A DNA stretch of 34,177 nucleotides from Methanotrichaceae archaeon (GCA_963754945.1 CAVWIG010000004.1:1-34177); one strand, 5' to 3'; shown: positions 19,442 through 28,606, counted from the first letter of the stretch. Notes: generated by a model not told the origin, from the sequence alone. Made by a program: numbers and translations.

Positions 19442-20368
19442 TCATTCAAATAGTTTTACGTAAGAAAAATTCGATGGTGCTATGGGCTGAATTTCGTAAA
19501 TGGAATCCCACGGAAGATCGCAACAAGGTAGCCAATCTATTAGCTCAGTCGGCTGCTTTATGATATAACCATTCATGCCCACTTTTAGGTTTATCATCTG
19601 CTGTCCCCTATAGTCCTCGGAGATACCGTTAGTGATCTCATTTCCACGGCCGAACTTAAGAGCCGTGGAGCCACGCTGGGCTACATCTATGTGAGTCAGA
19701 CTTCCAGTTGATTGCATGCCCAGAATGTACGAGCTCGATTTATTTTGAGATTTGTCGAGGAACACCCCCGAGGGCATTACATTAACATCAATTATGGTTC
19801 TATTAATATAAGTCTGGTAAAGACTTACTTTATTTAGTTTCCAAGAGTCAATATAGGATACGGCAACATCTCCATTATTCACATATCTCTCGCTTGTCCT
19901 AATTCCAGGTCCATAATAAGAGATTTTCTTGAGATTTGCAAACAGGGTAGGCCAGTGTTCATCAACATAAATATCGGCAAGCTCATTCAAGACATATCTA
20001 GGATTAGTGGGATCGTTTGTATTCGTAATGTTATTGCTCTGAAGAGTGAGGACGACATAGACCGGTCCTTCCCTGCTCTGAAGGCGAAGCTGCTCGCTGT
20101 AATTAAGATCGCTCTTTTTTGTACATGAGGATTTTTCATCAGCCTCAACACCAGAAAGTTCGCTAATGTGAGTTAACCGCGAAAAGTTACCGTTACCAAC
20201 TATGGAGCCGTCTATTGAGAATTCTAAGTTCTCCGTGTTACGATGAAGTGCAAAACCGGTTCCCCCCACATTTGCAGTGATATCGTAGCCAATTGCCGCA
20301 TAGGAGGGCGAGGTTAAGAGTAACGATAGCAGAAAAACTAACCCAACCCATCTAATCCCTCCTACCAT
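19442..20368 (-). CDS. Secreted beta-strand-rich hypothetical protein
   Basis: Signal peptide ending SPSYA, Ser/Thr/Asn-rich alternating pattern, WLPCC near the C-terminus; SD GAGGTG upstream. Confidence 0.8.
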   Translation of the reverse strand: MVGGIRWVGLVFLLSLLLTSPSYAAIGYDITANVGGTGFALHRNTENLEFSIDGSIVGNGNFSRLTHISELSGVEADEKSSCTKKSDLNYSEQLRLQSREGPVYVVLTLQSNNITNTNDPTNPRYVLNELADIYVDEHWPTLFANLKKISYYGPGIRTSERYVNNGDVAVSYIDSWKLNKVSLYQTYINRTIIDVNVMPSGVFLDKSQNKSSSYILGMQSTGSLTHIDVAQRGSTALKFGRGNEITNGISEDYRGQQMINLKVGMNGYIIKQPTELIDWLPCCDLPWDSIYEIQPIAPSNFSYVKLFE

Positions 20369-21251
20369 CTAGCACCTCTCCCCGAATTTTTTAGCTGGAT
20401 CTTACCTGACGCGCATGAAGTACAATTGCAGTCTTCTGTACAACCAGTACGTTATGTATCCTCAGCAGTTAATATTACCCCTTTGGTAGGAAATATTCTA
20501 TATATTATCAAATTCGTCGACTGTAAATTGTTGACTCAGAAAACGGATGTATTATTAATTTGCTCCCAGTTGACCAGATAATTGCAAGATGGCCCAGTGG
20601 GCTATGAGGAGAGCAGCCAGCCTTCATCCGGACCTGGAAGTACGAGAAGAAAGGAGTGTCCGGAACGGATGCTATCTAAAGGGCAGGAAGCTGAAGGTCG
20701 AAGCTCTCATTGGTCTTCGGTTAGGAGATGATTGGCAAATTAGTCAATTTTATTTTAATATCTCTTATCATCTTGCGAATGGTTTCACTTCGATCTTAGC
20801 GATATTGTAGAAGACCAACTATCCAAAGTACAACGTCTAGGATTCTAACACTGGCAGATCGATATAGCTCTTAACCGAAGACGTATGTCGAAGCTCTGGA
20901 GGTTCTTCACTCGGAATGATTATACAACGTGGAATTCGTATTAATGATACCGTAGTAGTGATTCTACTTAGCACTTAGAAGACATTTTTCTCGGGCATTT
21001 ATATTCGGCTAGAGCTCTATCTACTACTCATGATGATGAGACAGATTGTATCGTACGTAATAGCATTCCGCCATATGCGACAATTGAAATCGAACTGCAT
21101 CTAAGGGACGTTCTAGGCCTGAAAGATAGTGCTTATGTTAGGGCGATTGTTTGGAAAGTCGATGCCGCGGCCCCAAAAAGAAGTATATTAGTCAACCGAT
21201 AAAAGATAGCACCAAGCAGCAAGCCGCGAGCAAACTGCCTGGAGGCTTTGT

Positions 21252-21779
21252 ATGTTAAAAGCAACACAAATATTAGCTTTGGCTTTATTAAGCCTTTGCA
21301 TCGTGGAAATCGTCACGGCGTCGGGCCCCTGGGTTCCGATTGTGAAGGATAGCCAAGAGGATACAACGACCGGTTCAGTACATGGTCATGCGGATGCGGT
21401 CAATCTCGTTGGCTCAAGCTCTGTGGCGTTCCACTATCTACGTGGGAATGTAAAAGCTGCCACGGATCCCACAAAAGTGGAAAAGCGTCCAGATTACGGA
21501 GTTGTGGGTACTCTGAAGCAGCTATCGACATTTCCGGATGATGTAGTCCCAATTGCAGAAAATGACTATGCTTGGCAGTCACAATCTCCAATCTACTGGA
21601 ATCCGAAAATGGACTATTACTGGGGATACCAGACATGGGATCTGGAGGGCAGTTATGGTGGTACCTGGCAAACTCCAATACCAACACGATTCGACGAGTG
21701 GATGCCTGGCGGGGACCCGACTTTATCATGGGACAAAGACCAGATAGCCCTAGACCAATGGGCAAATCGAAAGGCGTGA
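21252..21779 (+). CDS. Secreted Trp/Tyr/Pro/Asp-rich hypothetical protein (frame continues past TGA to 21878)
   Basis: SD GGAGG, signal peptide MLKATQILALALLSLCIVEIVTA, aromatic-rich C-terminal half. Confidence 0.75.
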   Translation: MLKATQILALALLSLCIVEIVTASGPWVPIVKDSQEDTTTGSVHGHADAVNLVGSSSVAFHYLRGNVKAATDPTKVEKRPDYGVVGTLKQLSTFPDDVVPIAENDYAWQSQSPIYWNPKMDYYWGYQTWDLEGSYGGTWQTPIPTRFDEWMPGGDPTLSWDKDQIALDQWANRKA

Positions 21780-21870
21780 TCCTCTATGATCACCCTTTTG
21801 CAGCCCGATCCAGAGATTGAGCGAGAGTGGCATGAGAAGTATCTGAAGGACACGAACCAGGGTGGAGACG

Positions 21871-22917
21871 ATGCCTAAAGTAATAGGAATAGTCCCCTCG
21901 CATAATGAGGAACGGAACGTTGAGGATTGCATTGAAGGGCTGCAGGCCCAAACATTCCCCATTGATATCCTGGTGGTCTGTGATAATTGCAATGACCGAA
22001 CAGAAGAGATAGCACAAAGGATGGGCGTGATGACCACTAGGACGGTAGGAAATACAGGCATGAGGGCAGGTGCAGTAAACTGGGGACTAGATCGAATAAT
22101 GGATAAAGATTACAATTACGTGTTAGTAGCAGATGCTGACACCGTGTTTGACCAGGATCTCATCAAAGCTGGGGTTGAAGCCTTAGAAGAAGACCCCGAG
22201 TTAGGCGCGGTGTGCAGTAGAGCTGGGGTGAAACCGCAACCAGAGCTAACGTCACTGACAGCAAAAACGCTATGGTACCTACAGCACGTAGAATATGGAG
22301 AATACAACAGCTCCAGGGTGGAGACTACCGGCAAGATAAAGACCGCCCATGGAATGGCAACCCTGTTTCGAATAGAGGCTTTGGAAGAGCAGAAAGAAAG
22401 CAAAGGCTATGTCTACAATAACTCCGCCCTTTGTGAAGATTACTGGCTCACTATGGACCTCAAGCTTTTGGGGTGGAGAGTATCAAGTTGCCAGGAGATG
22501 AACGCTTGGACAATAGTTCCGACTAGAATAGGTTGGTTATGGAAACAAAGAACGAGATGGCTACTTGGTGGAATCGACTCAATAGTTGCACACGGTATAA
22601 ATTGGGTAACCTTTTGGGATATAATGGCGCATTTCACATCAATGTCGATAATGGCAATCAATGTGACGTTAACCATACTAATCGCTTATTTGGCAGTTCA
22701 CGGAAATAACGTGGTGATAAGTCCTTTGTTTTATCTGATCTATGCAGCCGTGTGGTTGGATGGGATGTATCGGCTCAGATACGTACAAAGTATAACGATC
22801 TGGGATATAGTCCTGAAAGGGTTATTGGTCCCTTATGCATTATATTCGATGTTGCATATAGGAGTCCAGTTGAATGCGTACAGAAAATATATTCAAGGAG
22901 CAAGGAGGAGTTATTAG
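21871..22917 (+). CDS. Membrane-bound processive GT2 glycosyltransferase (PgaC/IcaA/cellulose-synthase-like)
   Basis: PSHNEE, DNCND, DADT (DxD), ED and QRTRW (QxxRW), then C-terminal hydrophobic helices; no N-terminal TM segment; SD GGTGG upstream of ATG 21871. Confidence 0.9.
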   Translation: MPKVIGIVPSHNEERNVEDCIEGLQAQTFPIDILVVCDNCNDRTEEIAQRMGVMTTRTVGNTGMRAGAVNWGLDRIMDKDYNYVLVADADTVFDQDLIKAGVEALEEDPELGAVCSRAGVKPQPELTSLTAKTLWYLQHVEYGEYNSSRVETTGKIKTAHGMATLFRIEALEEQKESKGYVYNNSALCEDYWLTMDLKLLGWRVSSCQEMNAWTIVPTRIGWLWKQRTRWLLGGIDSIVAHGINWVTFWDIMAHFTSMSIMAINVTLTILIAYLAVHGNNVVISPLFYLIYAAVWLDGMYRLRYVQSITIWDIVLKGLLVPYALYSMLHIGVQLNAYRKYIQGARRSY

Positions 22918-23166
22918 ATGGTATCACCGTATAGTGGATTCGGGTTGACGCCAGTCCTCGTAATAGAAAGCGTGGCCTGCAACAATACGTCTCTAACACA
23001 AATGGCGACTTACACGTTGCATCAGGCTTGCGTGGACCCAACATTCTGGCATATCGCCGGGGTCTTGCCTTTGGTGGCAGGTGGGTTTGTTCTGACTTCG
23101 ACAACCGTACATGCCATGAGATTGTGGGTCATGGAGGCCTTTTCGATCATCAAAAGAAGGAAGTAG
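22918..23166 (+). CDS. Small membrane protein coupled to the GT2 gene
   Basis: ATG directly follows the GT2 TAG, SD AGGAGG; 82 aa with hydrophobic C-terminal half and KRRK tail; T-tract follows. Confidence 0.7.
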   Translation: MVSPYSGFGLTPVLVIESVACNNTSLTQMATYTLHQACVDPTFWHIAGVLPLVAGGFVLTSTTVHAMRLWVMEAFSIIKRRK

Positions 23167-23259
23167 ATCCCCCGGATACTTATTTTTTAGAAATTAAATC
23201 AATGAGTTGTTATTGCACAAGCTTCAATCCTTCAAGGTTTTATACAAGCGACAAGAGGT

Positions 23260-23399
23260 ATTGCCCTGGCTTTAAAAATGTCAACGCGCGGAATGAGCAT
23301 TTAGGGATCGCAGAGATTCTTGAGGTACAGCCATCTACCGTAAGTACCTGGATCTTAAGAGCTGGAGAGCATTGTGAACGGGTCAATGAGGTTGTTTTA
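23260..23399 (+). pseudogene. IS1-family transposase remnant (HTH region)
   Basis: IALALKMSTRGMSI/GIAEILEVQPSTVSTWILRAGEHCERVNEVVL (one frameshift) aligns by eye with EKGSIRGVARSTKHDKNTICRWLKKAAEHCREVNKYFL of the IS1 element at 17575-18802. Confidence 0.7.
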
Positions 23400-23615
23400 A
23401 ATTGTAACTGAACGTTCTCCCCACATATCTTTTTTTTCTGAGATGTATCCTGCCTCCTTGAGCATTTCTATGTACCTTTCGGCAGTGGTGGTCTTCAGAT
23501 TAGCGCACTGGATTACATGGGTCTTCAAAGCGCGTCCTTTAGCTTGATTCCTTGTTATGCACTCCAGAATCTTAAGCACGATCTTGATCGCAGGCCTATA
23601 TCTAGCCACATCCAT
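23397..23615 (-). pseudogene. Winged-helix regulator, probably truncated at the C-terminus
   Basis: YRP..KIVLKIL...KTHVIQCANL....AERYIEMLKEAGYI. It stops in the wing, where Y.LT.KG would be expected, exactly at the junction with the IS1 remnant. Confidence 0.6.
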
Positions 23616-23823
23616 CTACCTGTTCTTTTTGGTATTAAAAAAATTTCGCATACCATTGGTACGGCACATTCTTATTCCCAAATTGTCTCACAATCTATAT
23701 TAACTTTGATCTTTGTATACAGAGTAGATAGGTCTAAAAAGGTAATGCCTCCTTATGGATCTATCCAATAATTATTTTAGCGATTTATAGGACCTGGATC
23801 ATCAAGAAATCACGTGGCGAGGT

Positions 23824-23845
23824 CTCGCTGACTGAAGTCAGCGAG
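23824..23845 (-). terminator. Perfect stem-loop downstream of the P-type ATPase
   Basis: CTCGCTGACT-GA-AGTCAGCGAG, about 20 nt after the ATPase stop codon. Confidence 0.45.
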
Positions 23846-23866
23846 CCCATCCTCAGCTTATCATCT

Positions 23867-26617
23867 TCAGTCCACTTGCCTAAGCCCTGGCACGATCTTC
23901 TTCAGGACCTCTGCAACAAGAACTACCAGAACGGAGACTATGCCTACCAAAACCCAGCTCTCTGCCTTAAGGGGAGCTGTCTCGAAGATGGACTGCATAA
24001 AAGGCAAATATACTGCCGCCAAGATAGCCAGTATTGACGCAGCTAATCCCAGAATGAGCATTTTATTGCCCAAAGGCTTTAGCTTCAGAAGGGATTCGTC
24101 GAGCGATCTGCTGCTGTATGCATTGAAGGCTGTAAATAATCCCAAACCCACAAAAGCCATCGTTCTGGCATAGGTCAGGCCTTGGTTCATGTTCAAAGAG
24201 ATCACATACAATCCCAAACAACCACTGACAATCGCTGCAGCAGTTCCGAGAGTGTATATAAGCAGGCTCCTTGAAGGCATGGGTTCTTTTGGATCTGTGG
24301 GCTTCCTGCGCATGATGTTGGAGTTGGCCGGTTCCACTGCTAACCCCATAGCTGGAAACTCTTCTGCTACGACATTTATCCATAGTATCTGAGCTGCAAG
24401 CAATGGAGTTCCATATCCTAGCAGCACGCCCAAGAAGATCGTCGACAGCTCTGCAAAACTGACAGATAGCAGATAAGATGTGCCCTTCCTTATATTGTCG
24501 TATATCCTTCGGCCTTCTTCTACAGCATTGACTATAGTTGCGAAATTGTCGTCTGCGATTACTATATCCGATGCCTCTTTTGCGACCTCTGTCCCTGTCC
24601 TGCCCATCGCTACTCCGATGTCAGCCGCCTTAAGAGCCGGGGCGTCGTTAACTCCATCTCCCGTCATAGCAACGATGTGTCCCTTGGCCTTGAAGGCCTC
24701 CACTATTCGCACTTTATGCTCTGCCGTCACCCTCGCAAACACAGATACAATATCTATCCGGTCTAGAAGATCTTCATCGCTCATCCGTTCAAGTTGACTT
24801 CCCTCGATGACATCCCCTTGCCCGATATTCAGCTCTCTACTTATTGCCCTGGCAGTCAGCCTATGATCGCCTGTGATCATGACCGGCCTTATGCCCGCGA
24901 TCTGGCATGTGTGAATCGCCCCATATGCCTCTTTCCTCGGCGGGTCCATCAATCCCACCAGGCCAGCGAATATCAGCTCAGTTTCGACGTAGTCCCTCTC
25001 TAAGGGCTCATCCGGATCGATGTGCTTCCAGGCCAATGCCAAAACCCTCAGGGCCTTATCGGCCATGTGGTCGGCGATCTCGCGGGTATCTTTGCGCTTC
25101 TCATATGTCAACGGCTTTATTCCATCGGGACAGGTGATGTAAGAACATCTGTCCAGGATGACTTCAGGCGCTCCCTTCATAGCCACAAATATGCCTTCGC
25201 CTTCGAATCTGTTGACGGTGGTCATCCTCCTGCAATCTGAATCAAAAGGGTATTCGACAACTTTAGTGGAGTGCTTCTGCGTCTCTTCGAGAATTCCCGA
25301 CTTTTTGGCAGCGACCAGAAGAGCGCCCTCCGTGGGATCTCCGACTATGCGCCATTTGCCATTCGTCCGCTCAAGATTTGCATTGTTGGAGAGAACTCCT
25401 ATCTTTAGCAGGAGAGCTATGTCGTCTTCTTTGGGATTGACAGTGACTCCGTTTTGCCGGAACTCTCCCTCTGGGTCGTATCCGTAGCCCATTACTTCTA
25501 CAGGTCTATAGGTGTAAATCTCTCGAACAGTCATCTCGCCAGTCGTCAGTGTACCTGTCTTGTCTGTGCAGATAACCGATATCGAACCAAGAGTCTCCAC
25601 CGCAGGCAGGCTCCTGATTATTGCATTTTTTCTGGCCATAGCCTGCGTTCCGAAGGCTAGGGCCAATGTCACAACAAAGGGGAGAGCCTCAGGAACTCCT
25701 GCAACAGCCAGAGCGATAGCGGTAATCAGTGTGTCCATGATCGGGTTGCCGCTCCTCAAATAAAGGAAAAAGACGGCCGCGGATATAATAAGCACGAGAT
25801 AAGCCTGTCGCTTGGCGAGATGCTCCAGCTTGACTTTTAGTGGCGGTTTGACTTCCTTCTCGCCTATCATGCCCGATATACGCCCTAGCTCTGTGTCTTT
25901 GCCAGTAGCTGTAACCACAAATCTGCAGTTGCCATAGGAGACGAATGTGCCCATGAAGACCATATTTTTTCTGTCTGCAAGCGGCGTCTCCACAGATAGA
26001 GGAGTTGCATTCTTTTCGGCAGGATGGGATTTGCCAGTCAATCTCGCCTCAACGACCCCAACGGATATCGGCTCGGATAGGGGAGCAACATCTTTTTCAA
26101 CTGGCAGGGATTCGCCGGTCAAAGATGCCTCCACGACCTCGAGGGACGTCTTCTCGATGACCCGTCCGTCTGCAGGCACCTTATCGCCGGCCTCAAGAAA
26201 GACCACGTCCCCTGGAACGAGAATCTCTGCGGGAATACTGACCATTTCACCATCTCTGAAGGTGTCGGCCTCGGGCGCTAACATCTCTCTCAGCGCTTCC
26301 ATCGATCGCTCAGCCTTGTATTCTTGCAGGAAGCCGATCAGGGCGACAAGGAGAACGATTCCAATTATGACGTAGGCATTGTGCGTCTCTCCTGCTATGT
26401 ATGAGATAAGCGCTGCGAAAATAAGCACAAGATTTAGGTATTCTTTGAACTGCTTGAGGAAAATTCGAGATGGGGACGGTTTGGAGGGACTCTTAAGCAG
26501 GTTTGGTCCGTGCTCCTCTAGCCTCCTGGCAGCTTCGTCGGCACTTAGGCCGTCAGGTCCCGATAGAAGTCGCTCTAAGACCTCTTCGGCCGTCATGGAG
26601 TGCCAGTGGATCATCAA
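23867..26617 (-). CDS. Cation-transporting P-type ATPase (type II, Ca2+-ATPase-like scaffold)
   Basis: TGES, VPEALP, DKTGTLT, GDPTE, KGAPE, DPPR, MITGD and TGDGVNDAPAL; SD GAGGTGA. Confidence 0.95.
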   Translation of the reverse strand: MMIHWHSMTAEEVLERLLSGPDGLSADEAARRLEEHGPNLLKSPSKPSPSRIFLKQFKEYLNLVLIFAALISYIAGETHNAYVIIGIVLLVALIGFLQEYKAERSMEALREMLAPEADTFRDGEMVSIPAEILVPGDVVFLEAGDKVPADGRVIEKTSLEVVEASLTGESLPVEKDVAPLSEPISVGVVEARLTGKSHPAEKNATPLSVETPLADRKNMVFMGTFVSYGNCRFVVTATGKDTELGRISGMIGEKEVKPPLKVKLEHLAKRQAYLVLIISAAVFFLYLRSGNPIMDTLITAIALAVAGVPEALPFVVTLALAFGTQAMARKNAIIRSLPAVETLGSISVICTDKTGTLTTGEMTVREIYTYRPVEVMGYGYDPEGEFRQNGVTVNPKEDDIALLLKIGVLSNNANLERTNGKWRIVGDPTEGALLVAAKKSGILEETQKHSTKVVEYPFDSDCRRMTTVNRFEGEGIFVAMKGAPEVILDRCSYITCPDGIKPLTYEKRKDTREIADHMADKALRVLALAWKHIDPDEPLERDYVETELIFAGLVGLMDPPRKEAYGAIHTCQIAGIRPVMITGDHRLTARAISRELNIGQGDVIEGSQLERMSDEDLLDRIDIVSVFARVTAEHKVRIVEAFKAKGHIVAMTGDGVNDAPALKAADIGVAMGRTGTEVAKEASDIVIADDNFATIVNAVEEGRRIYDNIRKGTSYLLSVSFAELSTIFLGVLLGYGTPLLAAQILWINVVAEEFPAMGLAVEPANSNIMRRKPTDPKEPMPSRSLLIYTLGTAAAIVSGCLGLYVISLNMNQGLTYARTMAFVGLGLFTAFNAYSSRSLDESLLKLKPLGNKMLILGLAASILAILAAVYLPFMQSIFETAPLKAESWVLVGIVSVLVVLVAEVLKKIVPGLRQVD

Positions 26618-26736
26618 TCACCTCTCACTGTTCCTCGCTTCGTCCAAACTCCTCTGTAATCCAGGAATCGGAAATTACGTCGATCGTAGAAATAGTTTTC
26701 TCGCACGTTTAAAGATTTCAAAAGATAATTACAAAA

Positions 26737-26756
26737 GTTGAACAAAATGTTTCAAC
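26737..26756 (-). terminator. Inverted repeat after infB, followed by T-tracts
   Basis: GTTGAA-N8-TTCAAC followed on the minus strand by TTTTG...CTTTTG. Could instead be an operator upstream of the ATPase promoter. Confidence 0.35.
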
Positions 26757-26788
26757 AAATTTGCCTGGGGTAAATGCGTCCGTTTGGA

Positions 26789-28606
26789 TCATCGTCCCCA
26801 GAATGGTTCTTTCTTGCGTTTGATGGCCAGAAAGTTCTCCATGGTCTCTCGTTCGTCCTCCGCTAACCTCGGCATGAGCTCCTGCTCCACAATCCTGGCG
26901 TGCTTTTCCGGGATGTTGACGTAGAGTATGTCTCCTTCGTGAATCTGGCGTCCGACCGTGGGTCCATCAATGGCCACCGCCACTTCCATGCCTACAGTTG
27001 CCGATCCTATGTTCTCATTGTGCTCCTGGATGCCCTTTATTATGCCCGCCACAGCCCCATCGTCTCTTATCAGCGGGACTTGGGTCCGGATCACGCCGCC
27101 AATTACCTGCACACCGACTATAGCCGGCTTGGATTGCCTAAAGACGCAGTCGGGCAGTATCCTTATAGCTCCTGGCCTAATGACCGCCTCGAGCCTCTCC
27201 TGTTCCATCTTCATCCTCTGCTCGTCCACCCAGGTGTCGTAGTTCTCGAGGATTGAGTAGATCACATCGCTCTGGAATACAGGAACCGATGTCTTCTGGA
27301 TCTCTGATATAGCATCTGGAAGGATCTCGATGTTGAATCCCAGAATTACCGATAGAAGCCGGTCTTTGATCATGCTCGCCCGGATAACGTCCCTTCTAGA
27401 TATCGGTCCCACGTCTGCGGCGTGGATGGAGATGTTCTTTGCCTTCAGCTCGCCGACAATCGCCTCCAGCGAGCCGATGGTGTCGGCCTTCAGAATTACC
27501 CCCTCGTTCTCCGTATCGATCCTAACCGAGTCCAGCTCGGACTTCATCTGCTTGGCCAGGGCATCTACGTCCGCTGAGGATTCTATAACTCTTATGGTGG
27601 AGCCTGCCAAGGCACCTTCTAGCTTAGGGGCAGCCACCTTGACCCCGCTTGCTGCCACAACTTGCTTGACGGGGAGAAATCTCTCCTCGCTTCTGATCTC
27701 AGCAAGGGGCTTGGGCTTGAGTAGAGCCCTTATCTTTGTTAATATCGGCTCGTTGGCTGTTCCGACTAAGACGGTGTCGCCAGCCTTGATCACTCCATCA
27801 TACAGTATGACGTCCAGGGTGGTCCCCAGGCCCCTCTCCTCTTTAACCTCGAGGATGGTCCCAACACCAGGTCCTGATGCAGTTATCTTCAGGTTGTCCT
27901 TCAGGAACCTCTGTGTCAGGCCAACCAGGACCATCAGGAGGTCGGGAACCCCTTCCCCAGTCAAAGCGCTGATGGGCACAATCCCAACGGTCTTTGTGAA
28001 ATCGCGGATCCTGTCGTATCTGTCGGCATCAAACCCGTACTTGTAAAGCTCCCCAACAATTTCGTAGATTTTGGTGTCCAGCTCCTCGACTACTCTCTCG
28101 TTCTGGGCCTTGAAGGTCTTGGCAAAAGAGGAGTTCTTCATAGGACGCCAACCAGCGATCCTGTCCATCTTGTTTGCAGCGACAACAAAGGGCGTTTTGT
28201 ATCGCTTTAGAATCGTGAGAGACTCTATTGTCTGGGGCTGAAAACCCTCGTTCATGTCCACGATGAGGACCGCGAGATCAGCAAGAGAACCGCCCCGGCT
28301 CCTGAGGGATGTAAAGGCATGATGGCCGGGCGTGTCTATGAAGAGCAGCCCTGGAACTTGGATATCTTCTCCAAAGTGCGATCCGCAGAAGTCCTGGATT
28401 ACGTCCAGGGGTACCTCAGTGGCTCCTATGTGCTGAGTTATGGCCCCGGCCTCAAGATCCACCACTGCCGTTCCCCTGATTTTGTCGAGGAGCGAGGTCT
28501 TGCCGTGATCAACATGGCCCATGACCACGACGATCGGAGTCCTCATGTTGGAGTCCGGCTTCACCTTGGCATTAGAGCCCTTCTTCGACTTCTGTTGCAT
28601 ACCCAT
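26789..28606 (-). CDS. infB: Translation initiation factor IF-2 (aIF5B)
   Basis: GHVDHGKT, ITQHIGAT, DTPGH, NKMD, KADTIGSLEA and C-terminal PFWG. Confidence 0.97.
   Translation of the reverse strand: MGMQQKSKKGSNAKVKPDSNMRTPIVVVMGHVDHGKTSLLDKIRGTAVVDLEAGAITQHIGATEVPLDVIQDFCGSHFGEDIQVPGLLFIDTPGHHAFTSLRSRGGSLADLAVLIVDMNEGFQPQTIESLTILKRYKTPFVVAANKMDRIAGWRPMKNSSFAKTFKAQNERVVEELDTKIYEIVGELYKYGFDADRYDRIRDFTKTVGIVPISALTGEGVPDLLMVLVGLTQRFLKDNLKITASGPGVGTILEVKEERGLGTTLDVILYDGVIKAGDTVLVGTANEPILTKIRALLKPKPLAEIRSEERFLPVKQVVAASGVKVAAPKLEGALAGSTIRVIESSADVDALAKQMKSELDSVRIDTENEGVILKADTIGSLEAIVGELKAKNISIHAADVGPISRRDVIRASMIKDRLLSVILGFNIEILPDAISEIQKTSVPVFQSDVIYSILENYDTWVDEQRMKMEQERLEAVIRPGAIRILPDCVFRQSKPAIVGVQVIGGVIRTQVPLIRDDGAVAGIIKGIQEHNENIGSATVGMEVAVAIDGPTVGRQIHEGDILYVNIPEKHARIVEQELMPRLAEDERETMENFLAIKRKKEPFWGR

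Noticed and set aside
20589-20810. 73-aa ORF in the island spacer
   Set aside because: No SD, no motif and mixed composition; not supportable.
17575-23399. Composite IS1 transposon carrying the GT2 operon
   Set aside because: The left IS has its own 8-bp duplication on both sides, and the right remnant is a divergent, different element.
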